A stretch of 64,000 nt of DNA, from NCBI GenBank assembly GCA_964016885.1, contig OZ024747.1, positions 37,820,001 through 37,884,000 of the forward strand. Direction: 5' to 3'. Every line of letters begins with the position of its first letter. The first letter of the stretch is position 1. The position numbers and the translations under genes were made by a program. The notes beneath the pieces were generated by a model. That model was not told the origin of the DNA. It saw only the letters and a list, made by a program, of their open reading frames with translations, and ran no database searches. Positions 50,105 through 62,708 of the stretch are shown here, in pieces. The stretch comes from Eledone cirrhosa (Eukaryota).

Positions 50105-52524
50105 CTAACACAAGAGAGGTAACACCACAGGAGCATGAGGATAGAGAAAAAGCCCTCAATGCCCATATGGTGATGTGGAGGAATATAATGCAGCCCAACA
50201 AAAGGATTGCCAACAACTTCCAGGCCTGGAACAATGACGTGCCGGCGTTGTATGGGCTTCGAAAAGACCATAAAACGGGCTGTGACCCTGTCGCGGGACC
50301 ACCAACACGGCCAGTCTGTGGCGTTAACATTGCTAGTAACTACAGACTGTCCTACTTCCTCTCCCTGATCATACGCCCCATCATTGAAATGTCCCCAGAT
50401 GTATGTGACAGCACGGAGGACCTCCTCAGCAGAATCGGCGTGAGTAACCGATCTGGGGACCTAACAAACTGCATAATAGGCAGTATGGATGTTGTGTTAC
50501 TGTATCCATCTATTGACGTGGATTTTGCTGTGGAGAAATGCGTAGAAATGATCAGTGAGAGCAAGGTTGAGTTCCGTGGGATTGATACCAGTGAGCTGGG
50601 ACTCCTACTTAAGCTTACCTATAGTAATAATTACCTAGACACATATGACCTTAGCAACCTGTGCCCTACAAAACCAGCAAGAGGCAAACCACCTACCATT
50701 ACCTCAATGGCCAAGAAAACCCACACAGATAGATGGAACGGGTGGACCAGAGCCATACGGACAACCGAAAACCACGATGAACTGAAGAAAATGATTGCAC
50801 ATGCGGTAGGGGCCAGCATAAAACTAACCCTTAAGGAACATATGTTCAAATTTAATGGAAAAACATATGCCCAAGAGGAAGGAGCAGCCATTGGTGTTAG
50901 CATTGCAGGCGACATAGCTAACTTATTCATGGTATGGTGGGACAGTAGACTTAAACTTAAACTTAAAGAACAATTAGCAGACCCCTTAACCCTGATAATG
51001 TACTCCCGCTACGTAGATGATATAAACATCGTAGTTAAGACACCCCCACTAGAGAACAGTCAGGAACTAGAGAAAAACACAATGGAAAGCATCCAGCAAA
51101 TAGCAAACTCCATCCACCAGAGCTTAGAGTTACTATAGACTACCCAAGTAAACACCCCAACCATCGATTACCTGTACTAGACACAGAGCTCTGGTTAGAT
51201 ACCATTAACAACAAAAAACAAATCTTCCATTCCCATTATGCCAAACCCATGACTTCCAAACATCTGATCCACCGAAACTCGGCCATTTCGGACCATACCA
51301 AAATCAACATACTGATTGCGGATTTGGTACGGGTGATGAGAAATGTGTCCCGCATGTGCAACCCCGAAGAACTAGAGAGACACATACAACACTTCATCCA
51401 CCGTATGCAGTTCCCTGGCTACAATCAGAGAGATAAAATCAGAGTGTATAAAGGAGCCAGAACCAAATGGGAAAAAATGGTAAATAATGATATAAATGGG
51501 ACCTGCCCCTTGTGTAGGAGCAAATTTTGGAATAGAATAGAAAGAACTAGGAACAAGGCTAATAGAATAAACTCATGGTATGATAGCAATAAATACCAGA
51601 GTGTAATGTTCATCGATACAACCCCTAGAGGTGAATTAGCTTACAAATTTAGAAGGGCCCTAAATAAACATAAACTCAATATTAAGATAGTAGAAAGACC
51701 AGGTACCTCCGTAAAAACACTTATTAGCAAGACATACCCTTTCCAAAGACCCTCATGTATAGATAAGAAATGTATAACCTGTAAAATAAGCCCCCATATT
51801 AACTGTAAAACTAGAAATGTAGTGTATAGCATAAGATATACTGAAGGACAATGTAGAGATAAAAATATAGTGTACATAGGTGAGACAGCTCTTAGTGTAG
51901 GGGAACGGATAAATGAACACTGGCGAGACCTTCAAGATAATAAAGAATCATCTGTACTCTACCAACATGCTAAAATAGAACACAAGGGTAAATTAGAGAA
52001 CATAGAAATAAAAGTTGAATCTACACACAGAAAAGACGCAATGTTTAGACAAATTACAGAGGCAATAAACATAAAAGAATTACAACCAAAATTAAATAGA
52101 AAATATGAGTGGAACAGCAACATAACAACTAACAATTAAGGACAAAATGAAAACACACACACACATAGAACAAACAACCAACCAGTAACATGTAAATAAA
52201 CAAATAAATAAATGAACATAAACACACACAGACACCCGGATGTGGCGCATGCGCAGACTGAGCACACAACACACACACAGAAACAAAATGGCGTAGGACA
52301 GAACAAAGGAGAGGCACAGAAACAAAGAAAAGAATCCCCAGTCACTGAAGAGGTCACAGAGTGTGTGACGAAAGAACTATGACTATATATAAACAATTAT
52401 CTGGTTGTGGAACCAACCAACCAACCAGAAATTTATAAATTTATTATAAATTTATTATAATAAATTGAAGTGAAAGCAACTGGTGCGTGTGTTTCTTATT
52501 GGCAACATGACCCTCCCAAAGTAT

Positions 52525-52528
<4 letters not shown>
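50105..52528 (+). mobile_element. 5'-truncated Naiad-like Penelope element (RT + GIY-YIG, one frameshift)
   Basis: Motifs LYGLRKDHK, PTRPVCG, GSMDVVLLYPSI, GAAIG, YSRYVDD, HYAKPM, VERPG, NVVYSI..C..YIGET and RQITEA..LN.K.EW; ends in (TA)n. The clade assignment is from remembered motifs. Confidence 0.88.
52340..52384 (+). ncRNA. Minimal type I HHR in the Naiad-like 3' UTR
   Basis: AGUCA-CUGAAGA-G-GUCACA-GAGUG-UGUGAC-GAAAG-AA-CUA-UGACU; perfect 5-bp stem I and 6-bp stem II. Confidence 0.8.
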
Positions 52529-52614
<86 letters not shown>

Positions 52615-52703
52615 AATATATATATATAATATATATATATATATTTATATATAAAATATACAATATATATATATATATAATTTATAATATATATATATAT
52701 AAT

Positions 52704-52750
<47 letters not shown>

Positions 52751-52794
52751 TATATATATATAATATATAATATATATATATATATATATATAGA

Positions 52795-53502
52795 GAGAAA
52801 AAAAATTGAGGTTGGTAGTGGAACATGGAATATATAAGAGACAGAATACTTTTTTGTGAAAAAACCTAATTTTATAAGGTAAGGAAATAATAAAGGGTAT
52901 GAAAAATGACCGGTTTCGATGGGTCTGCAAAAGCCATCTTTTCAAATGTTGATTAATATTAAGAAAAATTAATAATAAGAAGAGTTTAAATTTGAGATTT
53001 GAAAATTCAAGTATAAAATTCATTGTGGGATTTCACAGTAGTTTTCATCTTGGTAGCAGCTCGTTTAGCAGCTCGTTGACTGCTGGATGCCTTTCTGGTA
53101 GTGAATGAGAAGTTATTTGGGGGTGTGGGTTATTTTATAAAGGTCAAATTTAGCAATGGCCAGATGGCCAGCTGCTGGTCAGTGAAGGGGTGGAAGCAAT
53201 ATACATACATATATCTTCCTGTGGTAGGTAGGAGAGGGGAGATTGATAGAAAGGGATTTAGTGCACTTACACCTATATATACACACATACCTTCATCCAC
53301 ACATACATACATATACATATTCATACACATATATACACACATATATATATATATATATCTATACATATACACACGCACATACACACACACATACATATAT
53401 ATATACACACACACATACAAACACACATATATGCACATACACACACATATATATATATACACACACACACATATATATACATACACATACATCCAGATAC
53501 AC

Positions 53503-53550
<48 letters not shown>

Positions 53551-53692
53551 GTGTACATACACATATATACACACATATACATACACATATATATACATAC
53601 ACACCCCCACACATACATACACACACACATATATATATACATACACACATACAAACACACACACGCACACACAATACATACATCCACATGCA

Positions 53693-53730
<38 letters not shown>

Positions 53731-55097
53731 CACATACATACACCCACACACAGAGAAATGGCCTCCAAATATATATATATACATACATACACATATATTT
53801 TTTCCATAATATAAGAAGTTAGGACAGTGAATTTAAAATACAAGTCATTCTGATCACATTGAGTTCTTCATGTAGATTGGGCCCCGCAACCGACAGTGGT
53901 GAATTCTGTGTGCGCATATATATATAGATATATGTGTGTGCACGTGCAGGGTTTAACATGGATGTGTTGGTCACACAAAGGCATGGTCTGTCAACGAATA
54001 AACCTGATTCTACAGAATTGGTCTCTGGTCTTTAATAGTAGTGATAATTATATACATGCACACATACAAACACATATATCTGTCACTCCGTGCGTATGTG
54101 TGTTTATATTTTATGACAATTCTATTGGGGTGATAACCCGTTTAGTTTTGGTTTAAATTTGTTAAGGAATAGATTGTCTTTGTTTATTCTTTGTTGCTGT
54201 GTGAACGAATCTGAGCACTTGTAGAAGGGGAAGATTTTAAAGTTGGGTAGTGTCATTCCTGCGCAGTTCGCAATATGGCTGCTCAAGGGGATTTTTCTTG
54301 TGCTAGCGTCCCGGATTTGTTGGCGGTGGATGGTCATTCTTTTGCGTAATGAGGTGCCCGTCTGTCCTATGTAGTTGTGTTTGCACCCACCGCAGGTTAT
54401 TGCGTAAATCAAGTTCTCCGAGTTGCAGGTGAAATTGTTTTTTACTGTAAATGTTTGGCCATCTTTAAATGTAAATTTTTGTCCTTCAGTGAGGTAGAGG
54501 CACGTTCCACAGTTTGTTCTACCACATTTGGTAACTGTAGGGTTGAGGATTGGTTTGGGTATATTTGGTCCAGTGAGAATGCGTTTTAGTGATTTGGGTT
54601 GTCTTTTACTTTTAAGGATCTTGTGTGTTTCAAGAATAGACTTCATTTTTACATCTTTAAGTAGGATGGGGAGGTTTTTGTGTAGGTGATCAAACATTTT
54701 TGTATTTCTGGGGTTGAAAGTGGATACATATGGCAGGGTGTTGAGTGTGGTTTTCTGTTTTGGATTGTTAAGTTGATGGGGATTTAGGTGTTTTGCCCTG
54801 TCTATTCCATTGTTGATTATTTCAAGTGGAAAGGCTCTTAAGATAAGGGTGTCTTTTAGTTCCTTTAGTCTTTGCTCCCATTTAGGTGGATCTGATACTA
54901 TGGTACATATACGTTTGGCCAAATTGTAAGGAATGTTAAGTTTTGTATGTTTTGGGTGACTTGATGTGAAAAAGAGGTATTGCTTGGAATCTGTGGGTTT
55001 ATAGAATATATCTGTATCTAATTTCCCGTCTATTACAGAGATGAGAATATCCAAGAAGGCTAATTCCTTGGGATTGGATTCCATTGTGAATTGTATG
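52795..55097 (-). mobile_element. 5'-truncated Neptune-like PLE (thumb + GIY-YIG) with a microsatellite-containing 3' UTR
   Basis: ORF 54122-55084 has [32 protein letters not shown] and FTC.SENLIYAITC..C...YIGQT. A (TG/TA) array lies at 53280-53795 and an HHR at 52903-52950. Confidence 0.9.
52903..52950 (-). ncRNA. Minimal HHR variant (U3-A8 core)
   Basis: AU-UUGAAAA-GAUGG...CCAUC-GAAAC-CG-GUC-AU; same type as 13200-13250. Confidence 0.7.
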
Positions 55098-55133
<36 letters not shown>

Positions 55134-55138
<5 letters not shown>

Positions 55139-55542
55139 AGTTAATATAAATTAATACATGATAAACACCAATATAAACATATAAGCGTTTGTATTGTAAA
55201 TGACCAAGTTAGCTAGATTGAAAAATACTAATTAGATTAATACAGTTTGCCTGTCTCGATTTAAAATAATAAATCAATTAAAACAAACCCATATTGACAA
55301 TAGCCGTGATACCTGGACAAATTTAAATTTTAAAATCCAAACCTTTTCCGCAGACAAATTTAAATTTCAAAATCCAAATAAGTTTTGCAACGATAATTTA
55401 AAAAAATACAAACGCTTATATGTTTATATTGGTGTTTATCATATATTAATTTATATTAACTTGTATTTCACGGCTCAGAAATGCTTCTTTCTTTGAGCTA
55501 ATTAATTGTAAAAGACTGTTTGAGTTTATAACTCTAAATATA

Positions 55543-55545
<3 letters not shown>
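55134..55545. repeat. Fold-back insertion (~60-bp arms) between (TA)n arrays
   Basis: 55134-55195 is inverted at 55405-55466, followed by an ~80-nt unpaired tail. Confidence 0.8.
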
Positions 55546-55616
<71 letters not shown>

Positions 55617-55618
<2 letters not shown>

Positions 55619-56008
55619 AATGAATGTAATCTGAGTTTTTCGAATATTAATAATAACATTCGATTCGTTTGCAATTATGCAAACAAGCATCAAGTTTATA
55701 GCCATATTAGTAGAATGAAGCCTTCATTCTTGCTCTTGTGTTGGCATGCGAACAGAACTGAAGACATTAATGTTTCTGGGTATCACCCTTCACCAGTACA
55801 ACTCACTGTTCCCCTGCCAAACTGTCAGAGCTAGTGAAAATATATGCTATTTTCAAAAATTCACAGTGACTGATTGGCCTGATTTGCATATTAGCATACT
55901 TGAGGCTTGTTTGCATAATTGCAAACAAATCGAATGTTATTATTAATATTCGAAAAACTCAGATTACATTTATTGTATTCAGCCATGTAGAGCGAAATTT
56001 TCTTTTAT
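55617..56008. repeat. Fold-back insertion (~70-bp arms) with a degenerate HHR-like motif and an octamer
   Basis: 55619-55689 is inverted at 55906-55974. CUGAAGA-CAUUA...UAGUG-AAAAUA..UAUU lies at 55758-55854, and ATTTGCAT at 55882. Confidence 0.7.
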
Positions 56009-56678
56009 GTATATATATATGTATACATTAACTCCCCTTAATCACACACATACTTCCGGAAAATATAACGATGTAAATTCTCGCAACAAAAACAACTTGC
56101 TCTATAAAATTGGATTAAAGAACAACATGCTGAAATATTCTAACCTAATACATCAAGCTTCCAATACTGAATCATCGTGAATTATGTGAAGGACATATAA
56201 CCTATATATTACGTTTCCTGGATTGTGAAAATGGTGGTGTATACGAAAACCATAACATTATTTTGCTTCTCATCTTTAATATTTCTCTGCACACAAGCTT
56301 CTTTATCATACATAAAAAATACTTTACAAGTACAACCCCCATAATACTCTTGTTTACCCGCTTAAAGTGCTTGTATTGCAAATAACACCTTGCCGCACAT
56401 TAATCTTATATAAATAAGACACACGTGCATGCCCCACGTGTAACTATTGCATACACTAACTACTTCAAACTATCCTCTTGCATTATCTTCGTAAACTGCC
56501 GATTTTAACTTTAATTTTGTTTTAATTTTCTTTTAATATGATTTTAATTTTTGAATGTAAATTGCCATGCTAGAATATTATAATGGATGTCACCCCACTG
56601 TACATCGATATATACATATGTTTCTGGATGTCTCTTGTGTTGGAAAGGAGGTCATGTATGTAAACAATCATTGAAAAA

Positions 56679-56730
56679 ATTGCTACGAAGACTCCAAACC
56701 TCGGTTTGGACGAAACAATTGTAAGTTAAT
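56679..56730 (+). ncRNA. Decayed HHR remnant
   Basis: GCU-ACGAAGA-C-UCCAAACC-UC-GGUUUGGA-C-GAAAC-AAUU-GUA-AGU; the core CU is changed to AC. Confidence 0.55.
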
Positions 56731-57619
56731 AAATGGTTTGAACAGAACTTTGATTCATGTGATTTCTATATGTATATATATATGTATATACACATATACA
56801 CATATAAGGGATAACCATGAGCAGGACCTCGTTGAAATTGTGATAAGAATTATTTTAATAACTGACATTAAAAGCTGAAATCGCGAATAAGAAGGAAGAC
56901 ATTCAAAAGGCAATGGTTATAATTAATAATCATGAAATAACATGCATTTACATGTTGAATATCTTTCTGGATTGAATGCTCGCTTATGAATAACAAATCT
57001 TTTCTCTTGTACATTCAAAAGGACGTTTTAAATGCGCAATAGAAAACATATTTTTTCCTAAATAATTATATATTTTTGAAAATAATATTTTAAATTTGTA
57101 TGATTTTGATGATAAATGTTATCAATATGGTTATTTTACAGAAACCATATGCTACATTCTCTTAGGATTCGTTTATTAGCTTTTTATTTAAAAAAAAATA
57201 AATATATATATATAGCGCTGACATGTGCTAATGCAGCAAAGATTTGTAGAAAACTTTTATAAAACTGAGAAAATTGTTTGAAGGATAACGGCTAATTCGC
57301 TTTGAAAAATATCACGGTAGGAAATACTACTCATGAACATTATAAATTACAGGTATGTCATATCTACAATTGTGATAGTGGTAAAAGAAAAATACTACAA
57401 CACTTACAATCTCTGTAAATAACCAATGAGATGTATTCGAAACATCATGGAAATACAACGTAGTTCAATGGATTCACTAGCAAATATTTTGTTTGATTCT
57501 GACTGCTGCAAATGGGAATTGAAATTGCGTTGCAGTTAAAGCTCACTGGAAATTTCCATTATATAGCAATCAGATAATAAATATATTAGTTTTTTCTTGA
57601 TTAAGAAATAACAGTCATA

Positions 57620-58037
57620 TATGAAGGTCGGCAGAAATGTTCATAGGATGACCAAAATACTCTCATGAAATTACCAAATGAGGTTTAATTTTCAACATAC
57701 AAGTAGTCTCTGGAAAGAAACAATGCTGTTATTAAGAATTGTTTCTACTTTTGGCACAAGGCCAGCAATTATCCCAGTGTATTAATAGTACTTTATTTTA
57801 TCAACCCCGTAAGGATGAAAGGCAAAGTTAACCTCGGCGGGATTTGAACTCAGACCATAAAGGGCCGTAACTCTGTGCTGCAAATCATGGTGTCCGTCCC
57901 TCTACCGATACTGTAATTCCACAATGCTATTATTAATAATAATAGTTTTAATAGATTAAATTAGTGCATACAAGATCTTAAAACTTTAGCATTACTCCTT
58001 CATATTGAGTCTATGAAACTTTCAGCCGACCCTCGTA
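57620..58037. mobile_element. Tc1/mariner-type MITE containing a SINE (57737-57921, -)
   Basis: TIRs as at 32849-33060, ending TTCAGCCGACCCTCGTA. The SINE is flanked by the near-perfect TSD CAATGCT(G/A)TTATTAA. Confidence 0.8.
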
Positions 58038-59318
58038 AAACTCATATATAATAGTATAACTTGGTCTGGAAAATGTAATTGTTTAGAATATTGCTGCTTA
58101 TGAAAAATAAAATCATTTAAAAACTCCGGATTAAATTGGCACCAGACTTCATCGATTTGAGCAACAGCATTGCGTTTAATTCCCTTAGTAAGAAGGCTAG
58201 TGCAGCTAAATGGATTAACGGGACATCAAAGGAGAAAATCATATTTCATATATTTAGTTCTTTGAGTGCTTGAATTCGGCACTGTACATTTGACAAGAAT
58301 CTCAGCTCATACCCTTCCACAGGAAATACTACTTGCGATAGTAGGCATACTATTTAAGGTAAAAAAAGGGGGAAAAATAAAGAAAAAGAAAAGGAAACAG
58401 CCATGAAATCAGTGGTCCCTATCAATTCTAATGCACTGGATCTATGGTTTGTATGGTATATGTAGCCAAGAACTTAGCTCCCAACAATCAAGTATACAAT
58501 ACTATCAAAGTTTCATAAAGTGCTCTCACGTATTTTGACAGAAGAATCAGTGTGAAAACAATGTTTATTTATTTAACACCCTTCCATTGGAAAACAAAGC
58601 GGGCCCGCTACAATGGTGTCCTACAATTCAGTTACTATTGCTGAAATCTAAGACTTTAAGTTGTGTTATGACTCCATGAACAACAGATTGTTTGTATGTA
58701 ACTCCTAATGCCTGAAGGAGTCCTAGGGGCACTGTATTGACATACGGATTTTCTAAGGCATTTTTTAAACCTGGCAGAGCCCATCTCCTCTAGGTCTGAA
58801 GACAGCAGATTTCATTTAGAGAAGGATAGAGAGAGAGTGAGAGAAATGAAATAGAAAGCGATATAGAGGAATGTATGTTATTACCTCCGAAAGTATTGAA
58901 AAAACAAGACTATGTTACATTGTATTAAATTTTGATCGCTGCTAGCTCTACCGACATCACCCCTAGACTTTATCTAACAACGGCCTTTCAACTGATTCTT
59001 TTTTAGAAGCCATAAAACAGAAACACCGCAATTAAAACTGCATTGGCGTCATACTTTATTTTTCATTTCATTTTAGTAATAAAACAACAAATTAGTGAGA
59101 TTTTTTAAAACTCAACACGTTTAATTTATTATACCATATATTGCGTTTTGGAAAAAAAACTTGATCCAAATCTTGACTCTACTATTATTTTTAACAGGAA
59201 TTCTAATACCGGACACTAGATGATGTTACCTAGGCTAAAGAAACATAACACTCAACCATTGTTACTCTTCAATGTGACGCCTATAAATTCTCCTGCACTA
59301 CATTACTTGTAGAGAGAG

Positions 59319-59354
<36 letters not shown>

Positions 59355-60404
59355 TTTGAACATTAAATAGTAATTTAGTTGTTACTTAGTCTTAGAACAT
59401 CTCAGATTATGTATACCTAAAAAAAGTAAGCTTCCAATTATAACTACCATGCCATTTTAATTTAACCCTATATCTTTGACTATGTAAAGGTTAGTGTTGT
59501 ATTGGTTAGAATGTTTGGCTGACGATCATAATGTTCTGGGTTCAATTGGGAAACTCTGTGTGTCATTTAGCAAGGCACTTCATTTCTCGCTTAGGAGGAA
59601 TTTAATAGTTTCTGTTACTTAACTTTCATAAAACCGAATTAATTCTCAGCCTATGTCCAACCTGTGCAAACATGGGAAATCGGACCTAAAACGATCTAAG
59701 ACTATATTATTTCAGTGTTCTTATAATGTTAAGGCTGTAGTGTGTGGTTTGAGGTAGTTTGGGTTTTATTTTTAGCAAGATGAGGGACCACAGAAAGGCC
59801 TTCTCTTTGGTTCAATAAATAATCCAGTTTTGGTCTTTCTAGCAAGTCGAGTTAGTTGATTCAGAAGTCTAGAAATATATGTATTTTCCAATGTGCATTG
59901 GAAGGGGGATTTGGACGCTATTTCTAACAATTGAGTAACCAGACAGAGGAACCCTATTGACACATCTGCAAAAGTAATTAAGATGCACAGGTGCAATAGA
60001 TCAATGTTACCAGGGGGTTTAACTGTATATCTAGCGCATATTTGATAGCTTACATGTAGAACTTAGTTCTATCAATTGGCTTGAACAAGAGGTTCAAAAT
60101 ATTGTATCTTTTCTAAAATAACTAAAGGAATATAACATATACAATAGATTGGTTTCCAACACATGGTTTACTCGCCATTAATATTGCTATCAATATCCGA
60201 TATTTTATATTAATATTGGTCCCAAACTTGGTAGAATGAAATACGACTATGGATTCTTCGGATAATATAACCAGCCTCAAAGGAACAAACTGTTTGTGAA
60301 TTGAAGAATATAGTTGATGAATGTGCTATTGTCAGGCAATTGAATTTTCTATGCGTGTTCCAAAAGAGAAAAGGAAGATAGTATAGAGAAATAATATGAT
60401 AAAT

Positions 60405-60550
60405 AATAATATTGGTTTCTGATTTAGGCACAAGGCCAACAATTTTGGAGAGGGGAAAGTCGATTCAATCGACCGTAGTGCGTTACTGGTACTTTATTTT
60501 ATCGACCCCGAAAGGATGAAAGGCAAAGTTAACTACAGCGAGATATGAAC
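60405..60550 (-). mobile_element. tRNA-derived SINE (long variant), 5'-truncated
   Basis: SINE core plus the GTCGATTCAATCGAC palindrome. Confidence 0.85.
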
Positions 60551-61281
60551 TATATTGTTTTTCTATAATACAGTTTAATAATGGGGAAAAAGACGGGTAC
60601 AAGCACATACACACACGCACCCGCGCATACACATACACACACACACACATACATACATACATATATACATACATACGTGTATATGTGTGCGCGTTTGGAA
60701 GTGTGCCTGTTTGATTGTTATATCCGTTTCTTTATCATGTCTTGAAATCTGTTTCTCTGTTTATAAATTCATTTTCATGCATTCAGAAATGATTTTATTT
60801 TCTGGAGGAGGCGTAACCAGTGCTACATACTTTATTTGTAACACCTGCACGTGAGTTTTTATTAGAAGTCACCATATTGAATAGGATGTAATCAGAAGTA
60901 GATTTGTAGCAAGAATAAAATTATGGCTAAAAGATTAAAGTGTCGTCTGCTCCGACTATTGAGATAGACGTCGTCAACTTCTAATAAACTTCGTAAAATA
61001 AACCAGTAAAACTGTTCAACAAAATTCTGTTCACGCCAAAACACAAGAATACCACATACTTCGACAGCAACAACGGAAACAATAACAAGAAAAAGCTGAC
61101 CTGTGTAGCTGAAAACAAAAGTATCTGCGAAATTAAATTATAAAAGTCGACAATATATATTTTGAATTATATTAAAATTTCAAATGTATATATAAGAAAT
61201 CAATATTTTATGGAAACAATCACATATACGCTCGCGTGCATATACATATCCCTTACGCACGTATATATATATATATAAACG

Positions 61282-61318
<37 letters not shown>

Positions 61319-61447
61319 GTATATATATAAGCAAAGAGATATTTAATTTGTTGGTAATTCAACAAATATATTTATAACAGATTCGAAGAACTGGAGTATA
61401 ATATCAATGATATTAATAAATGGAAACTATATTTATAAAACCATATT

Positions 61448-61508
61448 TATTCTATTATATATATTTCAAGGGTACCAACACTTTGGTACGCTCTCATCAG
61501 ATAAAATA
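61448..61508 (-). ncRNA. Minimal type I HHR
   Basis: UAUUUUAU-CUGAUGA-GAG-C-GUACCAA-AGUG-UUGGUAC-C-CUU-GAAA-UAUAUA-UA-AUAGAAUA. Confidence 0.78.
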
Positions 61509-62708
61509 CAAAATTTGTTTTATAAATAGTGGCATACCCATGAATCAGACCTTAACGGTTCAGGTTCCGTTTGGATAGTGAGAGGAAAGAGAAAAAAATG
61601 AGAAAAAAAGAGGAAGAGAGGAAAAAAGAACAAATATTTCAAATTATTTTGATGAATATGGAAATGAAGTTGAAGCGTAGGGATGAAAAAATCGTTATTT
61701 TTAGACGCTAAGTAAATTTAAATAATTATTAGGATATATAAATAGGAAGAAGAAAGAGAAGCTTATATTAGAGTGTACATGAATTTACAAATTAAACCGT
61801 TAAAAATTAAAAGTTTGTTGGAATGGTAGAATATCAATCCAGAAATTTGGAAAAGAATATCATTGGAAAAATATTAATTTAAGAAGAAAAAGGGAAAATA
61901 AGTCATACAAAAAAACACCACTAAACATCGCCAGAAGCAATGTAAAGACATATAAGATGTGGTCAAGTGAAATGAATATTATAGATTAAAAATACTTCGG
62001 AAAGTCGTTTTTCGGCGATGCCTGCAAGAACTGAATATCTCATTTTTTAAATTTATAGAATTTTGGCAGTTAAGTATATAAACATTTTCTTCAATACATA
62101 AATGACAAATTCTTGAAAGAGCCATATTTCGGTAAACGGGTGCTTTCGAAATCGTTCCCCAAGAGATTGATTAGTCTATATTATTGTCCTTTAAATACCA
62201 AATTAGATGTAAAATTGACGTGGAAGATTTTTTATCGGATCTATTAAATGTATGTTTGTGATTATACCAGCGTTCTTTGAATTTTGTAGAAGTGGCTCCT
62301 ATGTAGTTGAATATTTTACTCTAGTTTTTACTGTGCATTTGTATATTAAGTTTTTATCTAGGCAATTATTCGTATAAACATTCCCGATGATTTCATACGA
62401 ATGAAACATTTCTAGTCTTCTAGCAGTCATTCCTATATATATAATCATCATGCCTATACTCTAGCAATGTATTGAGTAATTTTTATAAACCGTGAATACC
62501 TCCAGACAAATGTCAGAAATTTACACACATACATGCGTAAATATGTTTCCACACAACTCCAAACACCCCAACCACACAACACACTGATGACCCTACACTT
62601 CCACAAACCACCACCCCACCCAACAACCCATACCCCACCCTAATGGAAATTGTGCAGCAGGTTACCCGGGACGCAGAGAGGTAAGTGCCTTTTCTCTTCA
62701 CCACCAAC

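Noticed and set aside
51249-52528. Selenoprotein (UGA-Sec + SECIS) signature reported for some Naiad elements
   Set aside because: The GIY-YIG ORF has no in-frame UGA at Cys positions, and I could not see a convincing SECIS in the 3' UTR.
59772-60431. Short non-repetitive minus-strand ORFs (possible host exons)
   Set aside because: No recognisable domain, stop codons between the ORFs, and one ORF begins inside a SINE. A BLASTX or RNA-seq check would be needed.
62380-62430. CCGAUGA-UUUCAUACGAAU-GAAAC HHR-like string
   Set aside because: Core U4 is mutated and there is no convincing stem I; at best an old remnant.
62581-62655. CUGAUGA...GAAA upstream of the Tx1 ORF2
   Set aside because: No stem II or III pairing; it probably lies in the LINE ORF1 end.
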